A stretch of 64,000 nt of DNA from Octopus sinensis (lineage: Eukaryota). Location of the stretch: the NCBI RefSeq assembly GCF_006345805.1, contig NW_021833706.1:1-64000 (forward strand). The letters are read 5' to 3'. Shown here one piece after another: positions 39,772-54,306 of this stretch (the first letter of the stretch is position 1; each line of letters starts with the position of its first letter). The notes beneath the pieces are model-generated. The model saw only the letters and a program-made list of their open reading frames with translations. It did not search any database and had not been told where the DNA came from. The translations under genes and the position numbers were made by a program.

Positions 39772-41043
39772 CGAGGGACGTTCAATAAGTAATGCCTCTG
39801 ACCTACTTGCAGTTGTGTGATCTAGCTGAAATTTTGCATGTGCAATCACTTATATCTCTATAGAGTAAGTGGCAAATTACAGTTTCTGATTTACACGTGT
39901 TTGACCTGAGTCAAGTGTGAAATGGAGCCTGTTGAGTGGCGAGCAGTGATCCGGTTTTTGTATTTGAAAGGACGCACACCACGGAAGACTTTTGATGAAA
40001 TGAAAGTAACTTATGGTGATGATGCCCCATCATATGACCTTGTAAAACGCTGGCATAATGAATTCAAACATGGTCGGAACTCTGTGGAAACAGCTCTCAG
40101 ATATGGTCACCCCCTTCTGCCATTGATGAGGCATCTGTCCGTCAAGTTGAGGCTGCCATTTTGGAAGATCGACGCATAACTATTCGCCAAATAGCCCATG
40201 AGGTCAAGATTAATACCGGGTCTGTGGAAACTATCATTCATGACCTTCTGCATATGCAAAAGGTGTCTGCCAAATGGATTCCCAGGTTGCTCACATCTTT
40301 CCAGACGCAAGAACGCGTCGAGTGCTCGAAGATGAATTTGGAGATGTGCCAAGAAGATGAGTCAAAATTTTTCAAAAGTCTGATTACACAGGATGAAAAC
40401 GGTCCATCACTTTGAACCAGAGACCAAAGCCCAGTCAATGCAGTGAAAGCACTGTGACTCACCTCCTCCATAGAAGGCAAGGGTGCAGCCCTCCGCTGGT
40501 AAGGTCACGCTCACAGTCTTCTGGGACCAGGACGGAGTAGTGATGACAGATTTCCTGGCAAAGGGTACCACAATTACAGGAGCCTATTATGCTTCACTTT
40601 TGAGGAAATTAAGAGAAGCTATCAAAATCAAGAGGCGGGGCAAGTTCAACAAAGGTATCCTCCTGCTGCAGGACAACGCTCCGGTCCACAACTCGCGTGT
40701 CACCAAATCAGAACCACAGGCATGCGGCTATGAACTCCTCCCCCATCCCCCTACTCTCCTGACCTTGCATCCTCTGATTTTCACCTCTTCCCAGTCATGA
40801 AGTTGTTTTTGAAAGGAAAGCGTTTCCCAGATGATGCAGCTTTAATTTCTGAAGTCACATCGTGGTTGGAGGACCAAGCTGGGATCTTCTACAAAAACGG
40901 TCTCCAGAGCTGCGTCAAACGGTGGGAGAACTGCGTAACTCTGGGTGGTTTTTATGTAGAAAAAGACTAATAACTGTGCCAAATTTCGTTGCTCTACTGC
41001 TAAGGGAAGTGGGTCAGGGGTATTACTTATTGAACGGCCCTCG
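39772..41043 (+). mobile_element. Mariner transposon (irritans/Himar1-like), full length, defective
   Basis: TIRs CGAGGG(A/C)CGTTCAATAAGTAAT, TA target duplication; empty site GACATATCATA in other units. Confidence 0.95.
39922..40970 (+). pseudogene. Mariner DD34D transposase, frameshifted
   Basis: MEPVEWRAVIRFLYLKG, WIPR, TQDE, FWDQDG, QDNAP, YSPDLASSD motifs across frames. Confidence 0.93.
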
Positions 41044-41227
41044 TATCATAAGAGGATTTGAGAATGTTTATGTCGGACAACCCGACAACGGGTGAGTGTG
41101 TGTGCATGTGCGTGAGAGAGAGAGGGTGAGAGAGAAGAGGTCAACAAAGTGTGAATGAGAGGTATAAAAAGAGAACAAGAGAAAAACAAAAAGAGAATGA
41201 GAGGTCAGAAATATAAAGTATACTAAC

Positions 41228-41246
41228 CGTCATATACAAGGTTTGA
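41228..41246 (-). pseudogene. 19-nt remnant of RWGR exon, copy D (deletion breakpoint)
   Basis: Donor side retained, then the sequence jumps to intron-1 (GA)-rich sequence. Confidence 0.85.
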
Positions 41247-41648
41247 GTGATAGACGGAGATATACAGTGATAGATACACACACGCATATATTTGTTTGTA
41301 TATATATATCTATATATGTTCACGCACTAATATATTCATATATATGTATATTTATATATACATATATATGTATATTATATATACAAATATATGTATATGT
41401 ATATATATGTATATTTAGGTGTGTGCGCCTGTGTGTTCGTGTGTGATTACGTGTGTGATCTTATGTGTGTGTGTGTGCTCCATAGGAACATATGTACATG
41501 GTTCATGCATACATCCTTACATTCATCCATCGATCGGTACGTACATACATCCACACATTAATACATACATACGTAAATGCATACATACATACATGCATAT
41601 ATAAATACATAAAGACATACATATATTAACACAAAATCCATGACTTAC

Positions 41649-41792
41649 CGTTCTCGATTTCTCTTCCATTTTTCCTATTCTTGAATCTTGATGAAGAATC
41701 ACGATCGTCAGAACGAGAAGAACCCCAAAAGCTATGAGAGAAGAAATGGAATAACGCTGCGAAATATTCCTGGACAGTTGTGCGAAATCCAT
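41649..41792 (-). pseudogene. First coding exon, copy D
   Basis: 144 nt, one K>R change; the gene copy is otherwise broken. Confidence 0.75.
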
Positions 41793-43720
41793 TCTGGTGA
41801 CAGTTGTCGGTCGTACGTGATACTTCGTGTGGCTTCAACAAAAGATCGAGATGCGAGGTTTAAGCTGAAGACCTGTAACTGAATTCCACGTATTTATTGA
41901 GCGCACAACAACCCAGCTCTGGCATAGATCTTATCGTAAATTTATGAACCAATGCGATTGGTGGAACTGTAAAAGCGGGTGTGAACTTGTCTGACAGGTT
42001 TAATTATTGGAAAGAGATGGTTTGATATTGTCACACAATAATTAGCAAAATATTTTGATGAATGAGAGACACGTGTAAAGTGAAATGATTCCTGTTTCTG
42101 GATATATTATGATATATTTATTTACTAATGTTGTTATTCTTGGGAAACTGTTTTAATATTCAGTGTGGGAAGTATTTCGTTCAACCAACAAATACACAGA
42201 CACACGCACACACACCGACACACACACTGAAACACACACACACACACACACACGCACACACTGACACACACACACCAACAAAACACTGACACACACACAC
42301 ACACACACTAACAAACAGACACACACACACACACACACTGACACACACACACACACTCAAACATAGACACACACACTGACACACACACTGACACACACAC
42401 ACTGACAAACACACATACATTGGCATAAACACACACTCACACACACACACACTAACGCACACACATACACAAACAATCACACACACACACGCACACTAAC
42501 ACACATACACACTGACAAACACACACACACACACACTCACACACATACACACATACTCACACACTGTTTTAATATTCAGTGTGGGAAGTATTTCGTTCAA
42601 CCCACACAGTAATCGCAAGACTTAGTCTAATGAAGTCCGCTGTTCGGATTGGATTCTTCACAACAAGCGTTAATCGGATTAGAAAAGTTTTATGGGAATA
42701 TCAAAATCAAAACCTACCAATTCCCACCCACCCATACATATATACACACACACATACATACATGCATACATATATACACACATACATACACACATACATA
42801 CATACACACATACATACACACATGCTTACATGTATACATACATACACACATACATACACTCATTCTTACATATATACATACATACATACCCCCATACATA
42901 CAAATATACATACATACACACACACATATGTACATACACACATACATACACACATACATACATACAAACATACATACATACACACACATAGATACATACA
43001 TACATAGATACATACATGCATACATACATGCATACATACATGCATACATACATGCACACATACATACATATATACATACAAACATACATACATACATACA
43101 TGCAAACATACATACATACATATATACATACACACATACATACATGCATACATACATGCATACATACACACTCACGTATATACATACATATATACATACA
43201 TACCCCCATACAAACATATATACATACATACACACAAATATATATACATACATACACACATACATGCACACATACATACATACAAACATACATACAAACA
43301 CACACATACATACATACATACATACATACATACATACATTACATACATACTTCCATACATACATACATACATACATACATGCACACATACATACACACAT
43401 ACATACACACATACATACATGCACACATACATACCCCCATACATATATACATACACACACACACATATGCATACATACAAACATACATACACACATACAT
43501 ACATACATACATACGTACATACATACATACATACTTTCATACATACATACATGCATGCATATATGCATACATACATTTATGTATGTATACATGTATGCAT
43601 GAATATAAGCATGTATATATCGAATAGACACATATATACATACATACATACATACATACATACGTACATACATACACACATACTTACATCCATCCATCCA
43701 TACATACATACATACATACT

Positions 43721-44274
43721 TGGTGGCTGCCCCTTCGTTATCGAGTTGGGCCATTGCACGAAGCTTAATCAATGTTGTTATCATGCTATGCCTGTGCATG
43801 AAGTTTTTTTTGAAAGCGAGGAAAGGCTGTGCACTGAGTCTATCCCACTCACTAAGCAACACCAGCCATAATCCGAAAAAAAAACAAGTCAACATCATCG
43901 GTAACCACTGAGCCGCAGGTTTTATATCGGAGTTATCCCAGTTACCTGAGGTACCTTCTCCTAGAAGGATGCCCTAACAAAGTCTAGGAGTCCTGCACTC
44001 CCAATGGTTTAACCGCGCGATCGGGTATTCAGTCCGATTATTTCTATGTCCCCGCGAATGATACAGCCTTAAGACATATATTGGATGGCAGTTGACTCTC
44101 AAGCGTTCTACCGCCCTTTGACGGGTTTTGTTTTTCATCCCGCAGGGTGACCAATAAACTCCCTCCTCACCAAACAAGTTTGGTGGGGTTGCCGGTTTAG
44201 TCGCCGACGAACCGACAATGCAACAGGTTGTACTGGGTTACATGTTACCAGTAGCACTCGAAAGTGACCTGAAC
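43721..44274 (-). mobile_element. Probable RTE/Expander-like LINE 5' region (copy 1)
   Basis: Minus strand ggcatccttctaggagaagg...actccgatataaaacctgcggc resembles RTE-clade 5' UTRs, from memory. Confidence 0.45.
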
Positions 44275-44807
44275 TACATACATGCATACATACATACATA
44301 TATACATACATACATATATACATACATACATGCATACATACATACATACATACATGCATACATACATACATACATACATACATACATACATACATACCCC
44401 CATACATACATATATACATACATACCCCCCATACATACATATATACATACATACATACATACATACCCTCATTCATACATATATAAATACACACACACAT
44501 ATATACATACATACACACATACATACACACATACATACATACAAACATACATACACACACACACATACATACATACATACATACATACATACACACATAC
44601 ATACTTTCACACTTACATATATACATGCATGCATATATGTATACATACATACATGTATGTATACATGTATACATGCATGTATGTTTGAATATAAGCATGT
44701 ATATATCGATAGACACATATACACATACATATATATACAAACATACTTACATACATACATACATGCATACATACTTACATCCAGCCATCCATACATACAT
44801 ACATACT

Positions 44808-45360
44808 TGGTGGCTGCCCCCTCGTTATCGAGTATGGGCATTGCACGATGCTTAATCAACGTCGTTATCTTGCAATGCCTGTGCATGAAGATTTTTTTTT
44901 TTATAGTGAGGAAAGGCTGTGAACTGTGTCAATCCCAGTCACTAAGCAACAGCAGCCATAATCCGAATCGAAGTATAAGTCAACCTCATCGGTAACCACT
45001 GAGCCGCAGGTTTTATATCGGAGTTATCCCGGTTACCTGAGTTACCTTCTCCTAGAAGGATGCCCTAACAATGTGTAGGAGTCCTTCAATCCCAATGGTT
45101 TAACCGCGCGATCGGGTATTCAGTCCGATTATTTCTATGTCCCCGCGAATGATACAGCCTTAAGACATATTGGATGGCCGTTGATTCTCAAGAGTTCCTC
45201 CGCTCTTTGACGGGTTTTGTTTTTCATCCCGCAGGGTGTCCAATAAACTCCCTCCTCACCAAGCAAGCTTGGTGGGGTTGCCGGCTTAGTCGCCGACGAC
45301 CCGACAATGCAACAGGTTGTACTGGGTTACATGTCACCAGTAGCACTCGAAAGTGACCTG
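44808..45360 (-). mobile_element. Probable RTE/Expander-like LINE 5' region (copy 2)
   Basis: Slightly diverged tandem copy of 43721-44274. Confidence 0.45.
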
Positions 45361-45442
45361 ACATACATACATGCATTCATACATACATATATACATACAT
45401 ACATACATACAAACATTCATACATGCATACATACATACATAA

Positions 45443-45473
<31 letters not shown>

Positions 45474-47762
45474 CATACATACATACATACATACAAACAT
45501 TTATACATGCATACATACATACATACTTACATACATACATATATACATACATACATACATACATACATACATGCATACATACATGCATACATGCATACAT
45601 GCATACATACATTCATGCATATATACATACATACATGCATACATACATACATGCATACATACATACATTCATGCATATATACATACATACATGCATACAT
45701 ACATACATGCATACATACATACATACATGCATACCTACTTACATACATGCATACATACATACATACATACATACATACATACATTCATGCATACATACAT
45801 ACATACATACATACATACATACATACATGCATACATGCATGCATACATACATACAGACATACATACATGCATACAAAAATATCCTGTTCATGTTGTTGAA
45901 ATTCCAATGAAAGATACTTGGAACTAAGTTAGAAGCCGTCTCTCTTTCTGTTGGCCAGAAATATTCTATTAAAACCGAATAATGACATTCATACATATTT
46001 TTAGCTAGTCATTATCACTAGCTTTGAATATGTTTCTTCTTGTTTTATAAATCATAGCAAAACTTACAGGTACAGTGTCTCCCATTCGAAACTCAATTCG
46101 CAAGTGCACCTTCCGTATGGACTGCATATGTACGACGGAATTCCATAGTTATGATTAAATTTTCTTAGATGAAGCATATTAGACCTCTCAGATATAGTTT
46201 GACCTAATTTAATATATATGTGTGCGTGCGTGTGTGTGTGTGTGTGGTGTGTGTGTGTGTGTGTAACACTCACTGTTTGGCCCTCGAAATAAGGTGAATT
46301 TGAAATAAGCTACAAAATAAATCTTACAGCCATGTCAGATTTCAACAAAGTCCCATAATTTTTCCTATTGTAATGGCGGGTTGCATATGCAGCTGCGCAT
46401 GCTCTGTACAGCTTAAACACCTGGCGGTCGTTTTAACTGTCTAATTATGCCGCTGAATCAAAAGATGAATTTGAAGATCTACCAGCGTCCGTATTCTCTG
46501 CAATTGTTTACGATTTACAACCAGGAAAATATTTGTAATCTGGAGAAGCGAATGCAGATTTACCCATTAGACTAATAATAGTGGGATAGTAAACATTAAT
46601 AATCTTTAATCTTTATTGCAGCTTGATGTTCTTAACCGAACCCTTCTTTTATCTAACAAATATTCGACACACTCCAACATACTGTCATGAATCCTATTGG
46701 ATATAACGTGACGGTCACAACATCTCAGCCTTCTTACACACAGCATCCGTGATTGCCCTGACTATATTTGCTCTCTTTACTCTCACTTATATGGGTGTTG
46801 TATTCGTTTGGCATTAAATGTATTCAGCTTCTAGGATCCATCCTTTTTTCGGTTCTGGTATGTTTACGTAGATGAGTGAAAGAAATCGTCGTATTTGATG
46901 TTCTCTGCTTTCGAAATGAGGCAATTTTTCTGGTTGATTTCATTTCTTATTCTTGTATATCAGCATTTAGTGTATGACGTGTATGTTGTGGGCATCGAGT
47001 TTCGTTTTGTATCTTATTTTGAAGAGAGGTGGGAATTTTGTGATATAGATTTAGGTTGGCAGGACCAATACTCATTTATACTGTCTTTTGAAGGATTGAT
47101 CGCGTAAATTCCACATTCTCAGAGAGCTTAATTTGAACATTTTGTGATATTTCTAAAGTAGACGATAAATAGGTTTTATAAGATATGGGGTAGGAATGGA
47201 ACGGAGAGCTTTCCTGATTAATAACGTCAAATAGAATGGATTGTGTGGAAGTATCTGGTTGTTGTTGAAAGAATCAGTTAAGTTCCGTGCGAAGTAATGT
47301 AGCGGTTCATGGCTCCTCGTCAGAATCCGAGTTGTAATTTGAAAACCAAGATGTCTGAGATAGTAGCGTCGAGTATTAGAAATTCTAAGGCTGTGCATGA
47401 AAAGCTGATATAATTCTATGGTGGTACTTTATTTGGGGTTTGTTGAATCATGAGACAGAAGACAAAATACTGTTAAACAAAATAACATTTTATTTCAACG
47501 ATAAGTTTGATAAACTGAAATCTTACAAAATGTTTTCTAGAATCATTTCGACAGATTTAGACTTTTCTTGTTTTTGAGGATATTTCTTGTATTCTACGTC
47601 GCCTCTTTTGTATTGTTTGAATATCTTCTGTAAACTAGTATAACAGTTTATTGTAACGATAGACATACTTTAAAGAAAATATTAGGTAAAACAATTGAAA
47701 TTTTATGTTATTTATTGTAATTCACAGACATATTTTCATATGGAACCGAATTTAATTTCTGT

Positions 47763-48259
47763 TCAATATTTACTGCACACAACGCAGGTTAATTCTTGAC
47801 CTTCGACATACGGTGGACATGGCAATGAACCACAAACAGTCTGAACGAAATATAATAGAGCACCATCTTCGTTTCTGTAACCCGCTGGATCAGCTTCTGG
47901 TGCATAATCCACACAAACATATTCATGTCTGCCCTTATGATCATAACGCTCGGTCATCAAATATCCTGAATACTCAGTTGACCAACCATCGTAACACTTT
48001 GTCCTGGCTGGTAACATCATAACAACAGCAGGTTGTCGTGTCAAACAGACAGCGCACGGAACGTTGTGTTGTTGAAGTGATTTAGCGTTAGCAAAAGAAA
48101 AGAGATTATTTGAGTAGTGGCCTAATTCATATTCACTGCCATGAATGTAACCACCTTCTTCAACTTCAGTCGTATAATTGGCCCAAATGGGATCGTTAGG
48201 TAAACACAAGAGATTACTTCCGCCACCTGTGTGGTCATAAAATTGTCCACCAACCACAC
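47763..48259 (-). CDS. Last exon, copy E: intact short-chain collagen C4/NC1-like domain
   Basis: 497 nt, ttctag acceptor, phase 1, 164 codons then a stop, 9 Cys here plus 1 in the RWGR exon. Confidence 0.92.
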
Positions 48260-48465
48260 CTAGAATTGGTAAGAATAAATCAAGTAAAAAAGATATTAAG
48301 CAAAATTATATATGAAATAACGGAAACATTCGTTACAATTTTTCACTTAAAAGAAGTCATGTTTACTAGCGTGTGAACGAATTGTGGTGTATATATTAGT
48401 GTTTATATGAGTGTAAGCTGTGTGATGCTGTATGCATGAGAACGTAGCAGTGCATTTGAATTCTC

Positions 48466-48541
<76 letters not shown>

Positions 48542-48546
48542 CAAAG

Positions 48547-49455
48547 TAAGCAACAAGGATATCCAGAGATAATGCAGTACAATTGTTTCATGCAACTCCA
48601 TTTAATTGAACAATACAATCATTACATCAATTTAAAATTTACAGCAATCTTCAGCTGCATCAATACATAGGATTTAATTAAATTAAAACAGATTGACACA
48701 TTAGTATAATTATACCTAAAATATCCAAGAAGTTAAGGAGATACACAAAGAACATGTTTTCTCTACTTCAGCATAGAAGTTAATAAAATTATAAAGAAAT
48801 TTATGAATACTTACGAATACAAAAAGTATTCAACCACTCCTATCCTTTTGTTATATTATTCTTCTTAATATTCCTTTGGAAAACCCTAAACTCCAACTGT
48901 ATTCATAGCAACATTGTTTAAAATATTTAACTATAATATATGATAAGACCTTCCGTTTCATTGTCAATAGTCTGCCAGTGTGCGACCCCCTTAATTATCA
49001 GCTAACATCTTGTTTTAAGTTTTCCCTTACTAAACCTCATGGTATTGCTTATAATAATTCTTGATGTTTTTATGACTATACCAACTAGAATGTCTGTCTA
49101 CCCCCTAAGCCCTCACCCTAACAGATACTGCCCTATGTTCTCTCAGCCTTAGATATACAAAGGATTTTTAAACAATTAAAACTGACCCCATAAAGACAAA
49201 TAATCAGTGGTAAGCTGAGTCTTCTTGATAATTTTAGTAACTGCTATGCTGAAATAGAGACAACATGTTCTATGTAAAATCTTAGAGATTTTAAGTATAA
49301 TTATACAAATGTGTCCATCTGTTGTATTTTGATTAAATTCTACGTCTTTGTGCAGCTGAAGATTGCTCTAAATTTTAAACTGATGTAATGATTACATTAT
49401 TGAATTAAATGGAGGTGCATGAAACGAACGTACTGCTTATTTTAATCGTTGCTTA
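48547..49455. mobile_element. MITE-like foldback element (unit E copy)
   Basis: Homolog of 11258-12179. Confidence 0.8.
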
Positions 49456-50762
49456 TTTAAATTTTAATCACCTTACTTTGAAATTGTATGGATAATGCCG
49501 TACTAAATTCTGGAGCCTCAACTTAAGTACCATATTCATCTGAATCAATATATATATATTATATATATATTATATATATGTAGGTATATGTATATATATG
49601 TTGTGTGTATACGGGTAAGTATTTGGGGATATGACATGGATTATTATGTAAGTTTGCATGGGGAAGTGTATTTGCGTGGATGTTAATAGAAGGAGAAAAA
49701 GAAAGGAATTCTGTAACGCATGTACACGTGTTTACCCGAAATGGAAAATTTGTTCACGAGTGAATGGGGATATTTTGGTGATGGAGTCGGCGACCGATAA
49801 AATATACGTATAGGATTTATAAAGAGCAGATTCGGAGCATTTTAAAGGAATGTGAGGTTGACTGGGGAAGCTGTTTGTAGCAGCAGTTTTGAATTGGAAG
49901 TTTCGGAATTACCTTACAAAGATATACTGTATAATTAATGAGGTGATGTGGTGCATGAAAAGAGCAAGGTTTTAGCGATAGGACGATTTCGGTGACGCGG
50001 AGAAGAATAGAAGTGCATTCTGTACTCTGTTGTGTTCTCTCACTAATAATTAATCTCCCTATATTTTACTTAATGAATACAGTCCTTAGCTTTTTCCATC
50101 AGTTACAGTATGTGGCTTGTCCAGTCCTCATTCTACATTGTGTGTTCATTCCATTAACCATTAACAGTCACTGTCATCAATTCTAATAGACTATTTTCAA
50201 TTTAGCCCACACCTACGATCATTGGGCACTCTAATTAATGATAGTCACGTGGCCACTTTTCAGCTCTGGTCACTCACGTACAATACCACCATCCGTAGCC
50301 AGTACAATTGATCACCAGTTAGCAGCCTCGGTATTTGATATCTACAATCCAAAGCTGGTCAGCCTGAAATTCTTGATCGCCATGGTGGTTTTCAGTCCAG
50401 CCCTGTCTGTAATTTAACGTAGAGATATCTATATTCTATGGTTAGACAACATTCTTTTCATTTGGTCCGTAGTAGACAACATATAATATACTGATTTGAC
50501 CAAATACCTACAAAGGAGTAAGCAGTCTTGTGTAGTGTCTGTATAGTCTACAGGTATAGACGTTTGAAACGTGACATATCATAAAAGGATTTGAGAATGT
50601 CTATGTCAGAAAACCCGAGAAAGGGTGAGTGTGTGTGCGTGTGCGTGGGAGAGAGTGTTAGAGAGAAAGAGAGGTAACAAAAAGAGAGAATGAGAGGTAT
50701 AAAAAGAGAAAAAGAGAAGGACAAAAAGAGAATGAGAGGTCAGAAATATAAAGTATACTAAC

Positions 50763-50837
50763 CGTCATATACAAGGTTTGAATAAGGAGGACAAGTTGTT
50801 CTACCCCACCGGGTATACAATGATCCGAGACCGGGTT
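50763..50837 (-). CDS. RWGR exon, copy E
   Basis: 75 nt, ttcgcag acceptor, GTTAGT donor, open frame. Confidence 0.88.
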
Positions 50838-51902
50838 CTGCGAAATTAAAATGAAATAAAGTAGTTTAAAAGAAAGAATTGGGGAATCACTTACAAAGTA
50901 GGTTGTTGGATGGGAAGGAATTGATGGAGAAGAGAGAAATATAGAATTTAAGAAAGAACGAGTGAATGAATGAAAGTCAGAACGAAAGATGTAAATAATA
51001 AGAATAAATTGTAAAGAAAGAAAAAAGACATTTGTCTGTTGAGCCTGTTGGTGACGTTGATGTCAAAGATTTGAGAGATTAATCCCAGAATATCAGAATG
51101 TGTATCGGTCTCCGCTATGAACGGATGTATGTATGATACGTAAACTTGGGTATGAGTATATATACTTCTCAATAGAATAATGATAAAATATTCGCCAGGT
51201 GCGAATATTCATCGGTCAATTACAAATATCAGTTTGGAGCTCGGCGCAAATAAGGCCATCATAACTACAATATGAAAATAACAACCATACCGCATCATTT
51301 GTCGATTTAGTTAAAAGACATCGCATCCGGATCTCGAGTAGAGGAGTCCGTTCGATAAATGTATAGCACACCCCACACAACACCGGTGCAACCAGCAAGA
51401 AGTCTGGAACTAAATATGGGGTGTTTGGCGTGGGAGCACAAAATTGACGCTCTCAGGACATCAAAGCAGATCAAGGAGGGAACAACCTTTAATAATTGAG
51501 AATTAAACTGTCTGAATTGTTAGATATAATCTGCCTGTAAGATATAATCGGTGTCTGCTCTAAAAAATTTCGTTTGTCCGGCTTTTGCATCCAAATTGAG
51601 AGTGATCCACCTGAATGAAGTTGGACATCGAAATGGATTCGTGATTGTATTATTTTTTTCGGCAGGTTCTTCTTCGGTTGAACGCTTATTTGAGCTAAAC
51701 TCACTTAAATGTGATAAAGCTGCTGGTGAAAAGCAGGTTCGGCTTGATATTTTAGAAACCTTAAATACAGATGGTATTCTCTGAGTGTCCCATGTACGCT
51801 AGGTGGATGGGACCTCTGGAAAAAATACCAAGGCAATGAAATATAGGGTGACAATCACAATTTCTTCGGACAGAGACCAAGGAGTGTGCTCGAATTATAG
51901 AA

Positions 51903-52540
51903 ATGTCTACACTAGATGTCAAGAAAAGATTTGTAGGAAAATTGTCGCGCCCAAGATTACCGTCCGACACGCGGTACACTCGACCTTTTAGACGTTCAAA
52001 ACAGATCTTCCAGCAAATACAGAAATATTTCCAAAGTTTAAACGCTATAAACCACGAAAAGGCACACGATCACGTGCCCTGGGTATTGTTTTGGATGGTT
52101 TTCCAGGAAGGTGAGTTTAGTGGGCAAATCATGGTTGCCATAAAGTACTTATATGGATGTTCAAATGTTTGTATTTCTGTAAAAGTCGAAAGTTTTCAAC
52201 GTGAAGGTTTCACTTAGTTGAAGTGTGCATTGTTAGTGCCCCTTCTCACATTCTTTTTTGTGATCTGGTTGAATATGCGCAGCCATTGTGGTAGAGGTAT
52301 CCCAATTCATCTCTACGTGGTCGGTCGACTGTTATTTGTAGACGACATGCTGCTACCAGATTCGTCTGATGTTCACCAACAACGTGCACTGAATTGGTTG
52401 ACAAATACGCACTGTGTAGGAAAGTGGAAAATCATTATTTCGGGTCTCTATTCACGAATGATTGGAAACACAAGAGTGGACAGAATGCTGAATTGTAGAT
52501 ATAAACGCAGTGAAGCGCCAGCTCAGGGCATTTGATTCTC
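51903..52540 (+). mobile_element. Degenerate RTE-type LINE RT fragment (unit E)
   Basis: ORFs 51903-52217 and 52218-52535 with HEKAHDHVPW, IKYLY and LLFVDDMLL. Confidence 0.8.
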
Positions 52541-53069
52541 AAAAGAAGAGGGCATTCTATGCTTATCGTATGCAAGCCGGTGGGGCTCGCTCTGAGCACT
52601 CTAACTTTTTCACAGTGAACGTACCGGCCACCTAGGACACTCGGCAAAGAGCTCCCTCAGAGGAACCGTGCGGGCCGAAACAATTATCGACGTAGCACTG
52701 CAAATATGCTCATATACACGCAATAAATGGCATAGTATATTAGAATAACATTTTATTTAGGAACTTATTGTAAAATATTTTAAAATAAATTCAGGCAAGT
52801 GTCTTAGTATATACTATCGTAGACATGTGGATAGTAATGTGGAACTAATTCAAAGTTGGTGAAATTATAAATCATTGGTTAAGGAGACACGGATAAAAGA
52901 CTTTAGCTATAAAATTATTTCTTACTTGGTGTGTCATCAGGTTTATCGTCGAGAGATTTCTTGGAGATGAAACGGTTCTGTGAAAAAATAGAAATAGCAT
53001 CATATAAATAGAACTTCAGGGTATTTATTATCGTTTAGAACTTAAAACAATGCAATAGATGACAACATA

Positions 53070-53370
53070 TTCGAGCAGGTATCATTGCCAACACTACCAT
53101 CTCAACCCCTTAGGAATCTTCTAGAAGGCGCTTCCACCCTGTCAAACGATTTCTGAACAATAACAGACAATACAACTCTGCATTTCAAATGACATCGTTT
53201 GGTGAATCTAAGAAGATAGATAAACATGAATTTACGCCGACGTCAAAGTTCAAGGGCAAGTCTATCCCATCATTGGTTCTCTGGTACCCGCGAATGAACA
53301 ACCACAGTTCCTCCAAATTTACTCTATTAGTGATGTAGGACAACAAACCCGACGTGAGGTGTCAAAATTT
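53070..53370 (+). mobile_element. Helitron Rep fragment (unit E)
   Basis: Homolog of 29975-30260. Confidence 0.7.
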
Positions 53371-53670
53371 CCGATGATGGGTCGTGTTAGACACAGCGCA
53401 CACTGCTGCAAAGGAGAGTATATCCACTGACATTTCGGTGCGTTCAAAAATCACTCAAACTCCACATCCAATTTTGCAAGACAGGTTACGGCCTGAAACA
53501 CTCCAAACGGACGCATAGCATGTTGCTTAGTCGAATTAGCCCAGCATTTACTCTACAAATGTTTTGTTGTCAATGTTGCACTTTCCCATATCACCTTTTT
53601 TAAAATGACTGGTATATATTATATACCATCTTTGCCATTTTAATCCCCAGCAATGCCGGGTATGACTGCT

Positions 53671-53709
<39 letters not shown>

Positions 53710-54306
53710 CTACACACACATTTCTACATATATATATATATATATATATCTACACACATGTATATTTATAGTTAAATTTAATCCAAACAAGAAAGCACAA
53801 AAAAACAACAACGCGAGAACGTGGAACCAGCATAGTATTACTGGACGCTCAGTAGAGAAGGAAAGAAGGAGGGTTTAACGTTTCAGGTGCAGCTCTTCGT
53901 CGGAAACTTAGGAGAAGGAAAGATCCAGAGGAGGGAAGACGGAAGACAAAAAATCGCCAATGGTACACACACGGGCACATTTTGAATGACCGGAAGGAAA
54001 TGGGAGAAGTAAAGATCTTTCAAAGACAGGAGAAAGGTAGAGGAGGAGGGATGTGTGTTTGTAAGTGTGGATAAGAGCGTGCGCGGAGGTCTGCGTGTGT
54101 GTGTGGGTTTTTTTTGTGTTGTGTGGGAGTAATGTGCGTGCGTGTGTGCGCTTAAGTACCTGTATGTGCGTGTGTATCTGTGCCCATGTGTGTATAAGTG
54201 TGGGTATTGTTATATATGAGTATTGTTCGTTAAAGGTATATGTGGGCATCTGTGCTGGTGTGTGTGTATGTGTGCGTGTGCGTGTATTGTGTGCGTATGA
54301 TACGTA

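Larger units (their letters stand above)
42730..45872. repeat. (CATA)n arrays with ~1.09-kb tandem duplication
   Basis: Unique ~555-bp block at 43721-44274 repeated at 44808-45360, each preceded by a similar microsatellite tail. Confidence 0.9.
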
